Positions 59,472 to 64,000 of a stretch of 64,000 bases of DNA are shown here, piece by piece; within the stretch, counting starts at the first letter, position 1, and the number at the start of each line of letters is the position of its first letter. A program made the position numbers and the translations under genes. Where the stretch lies: contig OZ245365.1 of NCBI GenBank assembly GCA_965226495.1, forward strand, positions 3,296,001 through 3,360,000, read 5' to 3'. The DNA is from Candidatus Marinacidobacterales bacterium (lineage in GTDB: Bacteria > Acidobacteriota > Vicinamibacteria > Marinacidobacterales > DATDRI01). The notes below the pieces were generated by a model, which was not told the DNA's origin, did no database searches, and was given only the letters and a program-made list of their open reading frames with translations.

Positions 59472-59596
59472 GGGGGAAACCGGCCCCGCCCCTGACCATG
59501 TAATGACGTGTAATGACATGTTGACGAGATGTCCCCACCCTCATTGACAGCGCACGGGGTCGCTGTCTAGAGTGGGGGCCACAGTAGGTTCGAGCC

Positions 59597-60973
59597 ATGA
59601 TAGCGACCACTCCCCCGGCGTCCCTTCGGGTCGGTAGAATCCTCATTGTCGACGATGAGGTCAAGATCTTGAAGCTCCTCTCGCGGTACTTTTCCCGCCA
59701 TGGACACGAGGTCAAGGTCACGACGGAGCCCTACGAAGCCCTCCGGTTGGTTCAATCCGAGCGGTTCGATGTCCTCATCCTCGATCACCGCATGCCGCAG
59801 CTTACCGGCCTGGAGGTCTTCAAAAGGGTCCGTCGCGGCGAGACCCCGCCGCAAGTCATTTTGATGACCGCACACGCCACAGTGGAAGAGGCCGTCGAAA
59901 CGATGAAGCTCGGTGCGGTCGATTACATCCAAAAACCCTTCGACTTCGACTCGATGAAAGAGGCGGTGCGGAAGGCTCTCGAGCAACGGGTCGGGCCGGG
60001 GGCAGTGGCTGCAGTGGTGGCGGCGCCCACGGAAACAGAGGGCATTGCTGAATTGGAAGGGCGCAGTCCAGCAATGAGTGAATTGCTCTCCAAAATTGAA
60101 GCCGTGGCCGCCACCGATTCGACGGTCGTCATCACGGGCGAGACCGGTACCGGAAAGGAACTCGTCGCGCGCGCCATCCACCGCCGATCCGGGCGGAGCG
60201 CCAAGCCTATGGTCCGCGTCAACTGTGCGGCTATCCCAGAGGGCTTGCTCGAGAGCGAGATGTTTGGCCACACGCGCGGAGCGTTCACGGGCGCGACCCA
60301 GAGTCGTCGCGGTAAATTCGCGCTCGCTCACCGCGGGAGCCTGTTCTTAGACGAGATCTCTGGGCTGAGTGCGTCCCTCCAACAGAAACTCCTACGAGTC
60401 TTACAGGAACGAGAATTCGAGCCCTTGGGCTCCGAACGAACGACCAAGGTCGACGTCCGCATCCTGGCCGCCACGAACCGCGATCTGTCCGAGCTCACCA
60501 GGAACGGCGATTTTCAAGAGGACCTCTATTACCGGCTCAACGTGATTCCCATCGACGTCCCCGCGCTTCGTGAGCGGCGCGAGGACATCCCTTTGCTCGC
60601 TGAGACGTTTCTCGAACGATTCTCGACGAGACTCCGGAAGTCGTTCCGTGGCTTCTCTCCGGAGGCGCTGGAGACGTTGCTCGCCTACGACTGGCCTGGC
60701 AACGTCCGCGAGCTCGAGAACGCGGTGGAGCGAGCGGTCGCACTCGGTTCGGGTCCAAGCGTGGGCTCGGAGTCTTTCGCCGACCTCAACCAAGGGCTTT
60801 CTCATGGTCCTCCTTTGCCGACCCTCGATCTTCACGAGAATCTCGGCTGGATCACGCGGCAAACGATTCGAAGAAGCCTGGAAAAGGTAAACGGCCGTAA
60901 GAAAGATGCCGCGGGTTTGCTGGGTATCAGCCAGCGCGCGCTTAGTTACTATCTGCGCAAGTATCAACTGTAG
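59597..60973 (+). CDS. Sigma54-dependent response regulator (NtrC/AtoC family)
   Basis: Receiver domain, GETGTGKE, GAFTGA, FLDEI, WPGNVREL, C-terminal Fis-type HTH. Confidence 0.96.
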   Translation: MIATTPPASLRVGRILIVDDEVKILKLLSRYFSRHGHEVKVTTEPYEALRLVQSERFDVLILDHRMPQLTGLEVFKRVRRGETPPQVILMTAHATVEEAVETMKLGAVDYIQKPFDFDSMKEAVRKALEQRVGPGAVAAVVAAPTETEGIAELEGRSPAMSELLSKIEAVAATDSTVVITGETGTGKELVARAIHRRSGRSAKPMVRVNCAAIPEGLLESEMFGHTRGAFTGATQSRRGKFALAHRGSLFLDEISGLSASLQQKLLRVLQEREFEPLGSERTTKVDVRILAATNRDLSELTRNGDFQEDLYYRLNVIPIDVPALRERREDIPLLAETFLERFSTRLRKSFRGFSPEALETLLAYDWPGNVRELENAVERAVALGSGPSVGSESFADLNQGLSHGPPLPTLDLHENLGWITRQTIRRSLEKVNGRKKDAAGLLGISQRALSYYLRKYQL

Positions 60974-60983
60974 AGTGCCCGCT

Positions 60984-61009
60984 CCCGCCGTAGTCTCCAC
61001 GAAGGCGGA
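60984..61009. repeat. Half copy of the palindromic repeat family (copy D)
   Basis: CCCGCCGTAGTC-TCC-ACGAAGGCGGA just after the regulator stop. Confidence 0.5.
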
Positions 61010-61073
61010 CGCTGGCCGCGCTAGTCGCCGGATTTCAAAGCCGCACCGACCCCGCGATTTCGCCCCTTCCCTG

Positions 61074-61407
61074 TTTTCCACAGAATCTGTGCAGTTCATG
61101 TGGAAAAGTTGTCGATTGAGGTCCTGAGACCCGCGAACCGGTTGCCTTCGAAGCGTTTTGCACAGTCCTTGAGCAGAGATTTGTCTGATTTAATTTGGGA
61201 TTTCTGAATATCTGTTAGGCAGATTCCTGAATCGCCACAACAACACGACGCTCTTAGAGTCTGAGCGGCGCCATGACCGCGTTTATGTGCTCTTACGTAC
61301 AGATCGTCGACTTCCAGCGGCACTGTAGAGCCGGGATTTGCACAACTGTCGACGTAGAAAATTCTGGCGCTTTCCACCCTTGGTTTTAGGGGAGATCCCG
61401 TGGATAA
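61074..61407. promoter_or_regulatory. DnaA-box cluster with AT-rich tract
   Basis: Perfect TTWTNCACA at 61074 (+), 61099 (-) and 61156 (+); one-mismatch boxes at 61336 and 61399; AT-rich tract at about 61179-61216. Confidence 0.6.
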
Positions 61408-61450
61408 TACGTTCTCGGTAATAGCCCCAACATGAAAAGGAGGTTGGGTC

Positions 61451-61768
61451 ATGAAGGGCACCGTCAATCTTCAACTACAAGATTTTCCCTCTTCTTTGCT
61501 TTCCCGGATCGATCGCTATGCGCAGCTACTCGAGGAGGCCAACCCCGGAGTGAAGTTCACGAGGACGGCTTGCGTAACGAGCCTGCTCTCTCGCTCGTTG
61601 GCCGAGATCGAGGGACAGTCCGCTTGGGGGCGCCGCAAAGTAGACGAGCGTCGCCAGGGACTGCGAGGCCGCGATCGCCGAAAGGATGTCCGGCGCTGGC
61701 GTGACAACCTCATGGAGGACGCCGAGAAGGAGGTTCTCAACGACCTGCGAGATGGAGCTCACCTCTAA
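61451..61768 (+). CDS. Small hypothetical protein, RHH-like N-terminus and Arg-rich tail
   Basis: RBS AGGAGG; TVNLQL strand followed by two predicted helices; ERRQGLRGRDRRKDVRR tail. Confidence 0.6.
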   Translation: MKGTVNLQLQDFPSSLLSRIDRYAQLLEEANPGVKFTRTACVTSLLSRSLAEIEGQSAWGRRKVDERRQGLRGRDRRKDVRRWRDNLMEDAEKEVLNDLRDGAHL

Positions 61769-61783
61769 AAAGAAACCACCGTC

Positions 61784-62251
61784 ATGGAATTCCAACTGCA
61801 ACAATCCATCGAGATCCTGGAGAGGACGGCGAAGACCCTCCGGTCTCTCCTAGAAGGCCTCTCCGACCCTTGGCTTCTCAACAACGAAGGCCCCGAGACT
61901 TTCAGCCCCTTCGACGTGGTGGGCCACTTGATTCATGGCGAAGAGACGGACTGGATCCCTCGCACCAGGATCATCTTGGAGCACGGCGAATCTAGACCCT
62001 TCACTCCGTTCGATCGGTTCGCGTTCTACGAGACGAGCAAGGGCAAGAGCCTTTCCAAGCTGCTGGCAACCTTCCAGAAACTTCGGGAAGAGAACGTCCA
62101 GGCCTTGAAGGGGCTCAAGCTGACCCCGGAACAACTCGATCTCAAGGGCACGCACCCCGAGCTCGGCCAAGTGACGCTGAGGCAGCTACTCGCCACATGG
62201 GCCACGCACGATAAGGAGGCCCATGGTCGGGCGAACCTTCTCCCACTATAA
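61784..62251 (+). pseudogene. DinB-family protein, apparently C-terminally truncated
   Basis: SPFDVVGHLIHGE..DWIPR...HPELG.VTL.QLLATW..HD; similarity then stops at the kinase RBS. Confidence 0.55.
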
Positions 62252-64000
62252 GATTCTCGACGAAATCAGCCGTGGCGGCATGGGCATCGTGTACCGCGCC
62301 GTCGACACCAAGCTGAACCGCGAGGTAGCCTTCAAGGTCTTACCCGCCGAACTCATCTCGGACCCCGAGCGCAAACGCCGGTTCCTCCAAGAAGCGCAAG
62401 CGGCCGCGTCGATCGAGCATCCCCATATCGCCACCATCTACGAAGTCGACGAAGCCGAGGGCGTCACCTTCATGGTCATGGAGCTCATCGGTGGCGACAA
62501 GCTCAAAGACGTCATAGAGCGCGGAAAGTTGTCGCTTGCACGCGTGCTCGATTTAACCGTCGAAGTGGCGGAGGGCCTGGCGCGAGCCCACGACAAGGGC
62601 ATCGTCCACCGCGATCTCAAGCCCGCGAACATCATGCTTACCGAGGATGGGCACGCCAAGATCATCGACTTCGGCCTAGCGAAGCTCGTCGAGCCGCTCG
62701 GAGGCGACGACGAGGACGCTCAGACCGCGCTTCGTAAGGAGACCGATCCTGGAATCATCATGGGAACCGTCTCCTACATGTCACCGGAGCAGGCCCGCGG
62801 CGCTAAGGTGGACCACCGGAGCGACATCTTTGCGTTCGGCATCGTTCTCTACGAAATGCTGGCGGGGAAGCCGCCCTTCCGAGGCGCGAGCGGGACCGAG
62901 ACGCTGAGCTCTATTCTGCGCGACCCCGCCCCTCCCCTTCCCACGCAGGGCCCCGAGATGACTGCCGAGCTCGCGGGCGATCTCCAGCGGCTCACCGAAA
63001 AGTGCTTGGCGAAGGAACCCAACGAACGTTACCAAGGAATGAAAGATGTCGCGGTCGATCTCCGCACCGCCCGGCGACGACTCGAGTCCGGCGCGGTTTC
63101 GGGCGCCGTTTCCGCTGGCCTAAGCGGACCGGTGGCGGCGCTGGCACCGAGCAAGCGATGGCGGTGGCTTGGCGCAGTCGCTGCGGTCGGGTTACTCGTC
63201 GCGGCGTGGGCACTCTTCCTCCGACCCTCCTCCCGTGCGCCTGCCGCCGTTAGCTCGGAGAAACCGTCCGTGGCGGTTCTTTACTTCGAGAACAATACCG
63301 GAGATCCGTCTCTCGACTGGCTTCGCACGGCGCTGACTAACATGCTCGTCACCGACCTCGCTCAATCGCCGGACGTCGAAGTTCTCGGCACTGACAGCCT
63401 TTATCAAATACTGGAAGAAATGAACCGCTTGGACGATCGCGTGACCTCACTCGAAGTGGTGCAAGAAGTCGCCGAACGGGCGGGTGTCAGCACGGTACTA
63501 CTCGGCAACTTCGTCAAGGCGGGCGAGACCATCCGCATCAACGTCCGGCTTCAAGAGGCGAAGAGCGGCAAGGTGATCACGTCGGAAAAGGTCGAAGGTG
63601 TGGGCGAAGACAGCATCTTCCCGATGGTCGACGACCTCACGCGCCGCATGAAGAGCAAGTTCGACATCCCGCGAACCGCCGACACGGGCTCGGACCAGAA
63701 CGTGGCTGACGTCACGACGTCATCGGTGGAGGCGCTTCGCTATTACGTGGAAGGCATAAATCTCCACGATCGCTACAAAGAGGAAGAGACCTTGCCGCTT
63801 CTCGAGAAAGCTGTCGAGCTCGATCCGGAGTTCGCGATGGCGCTGGCGAAGCTCGCGGTCGTGCACTCGAACCTCGGCCATCCGACGGAGGGCGAGGAGT
63901 ACGCACAAAGGGCCCTAGAACATCTCGATCGGCTCAGCGCCCGCGAACGATACTACATCGAAGGCTTCTTCAACGATTTGAAGAGGGCGACGCGAGCAAA
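62223..64000 (+). CDS. Hanks-type Ser/Thr kinase + TM + TolB-like/TPR region (partial, runs off window)
   Basis: AAGGAGG then MVGRTFSHYKILDEISRGGMGIVY, VAFK, HRDLKPAN, DFG, YMSPEQ, TM, SVAVLYFEN; absent from ORF track. Confidence 0.93.
   Translation, partial: MVGRTFSHYKILDEISRGGMGIVYRAVDTKLNREVAFKVLPAELISDPERKRRFLQEAQAAASIEHPHIATIYEVDEAEGVTFMVMELIGGDKLKDVIERGKLSLARVLDLTVEVAEGLARAHDKGIVHRDLKPANIMLTEDGHAKIIDFGLAKLVEPLGGDDEDAQTALRKETDPGIIMGTVSYMSPEQARGAKVDHRSDIFAFGIVLYEMLAGKPPFRGASGTETLSSILRDPAPPLPTQGPEMTAELAGDLQRLTEKCLAKEPNERYQGMKDVAVDLRTARRRLESGAVSGAVSAGLSGPVAALAPSKRWRWLGAVAAVGLLVAAWALFLRPSSRAPAAVSSEKPSVAVLYFENNTGDPSLDWLRTALTNMLVTDLAQSPDVEVLGTDSLYQILEEMNRLDDRVTSLEVVQEVAERAGVSTVLLGNFVKAGETIRINVRLQEAKSGKVITSEKVEGVGEDSIFPMVDDLTRRMKSKFDIPRTADTGSDQNVADVTTSSVEALRYYVEGINLHDRYKEEETLPLLEKAVELDPEFAMALAKLAVVHSNLGHPTEGEEYAQRALEHLDRLSARERYYIEGFFNDLKRATRA

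Overview
GC-rich bacterial chromosomal window. The gene repertoire (DUF4388 proteins, FecR-like secreted protein, TolB-like/TPR Ser/Thr kinase) resembles Acidobacteriota, but that assignment is an inference. It is mostly housekeeping and stress genes: PBP1A, lemA, lon plus a CbpA-like J protein, an M36 protease, nfeD-SPFH-DUF4388-SPOR-lnt-prfB (frameshifted RF2), greA, TrmH, rarA, dnaK-dnaJ-hspR followed by a sigma factor and a DnaC-like ATPase, sppA, nrdJ with NrdR boxes, mtaB, lutABC, HIT, a porin-cupredoxin-HK-NtrC module and a partial Ser/Thr kinase. I saw no rRNA, tRNA, CRISPR array or transposase. Signals the ORF track misses: (1) an exported, Cys-free peroxiredoxin with an in-frame TGA at its catalytic site and a hairpin just downstream (candidate selenoprotein with an atypical SECIS); (2) a DnaA-box cluster with an AT-rich tract next to a small RHH-like protein with an RxxxR-rich tail; (3) a CHAT-NACHT-HEAT protein whose caspase-like dyad appears lost; (4) a dispersed four-arm palindromic repeat family, one copy apparently nested; (5) a structured lon leader and HAIR-like operators; (6) a DnaJ with HPE instead of HPD; (7) a perfect 69-bp in-frame duplication. 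All calls come from motif reading by eye; no searches were run.
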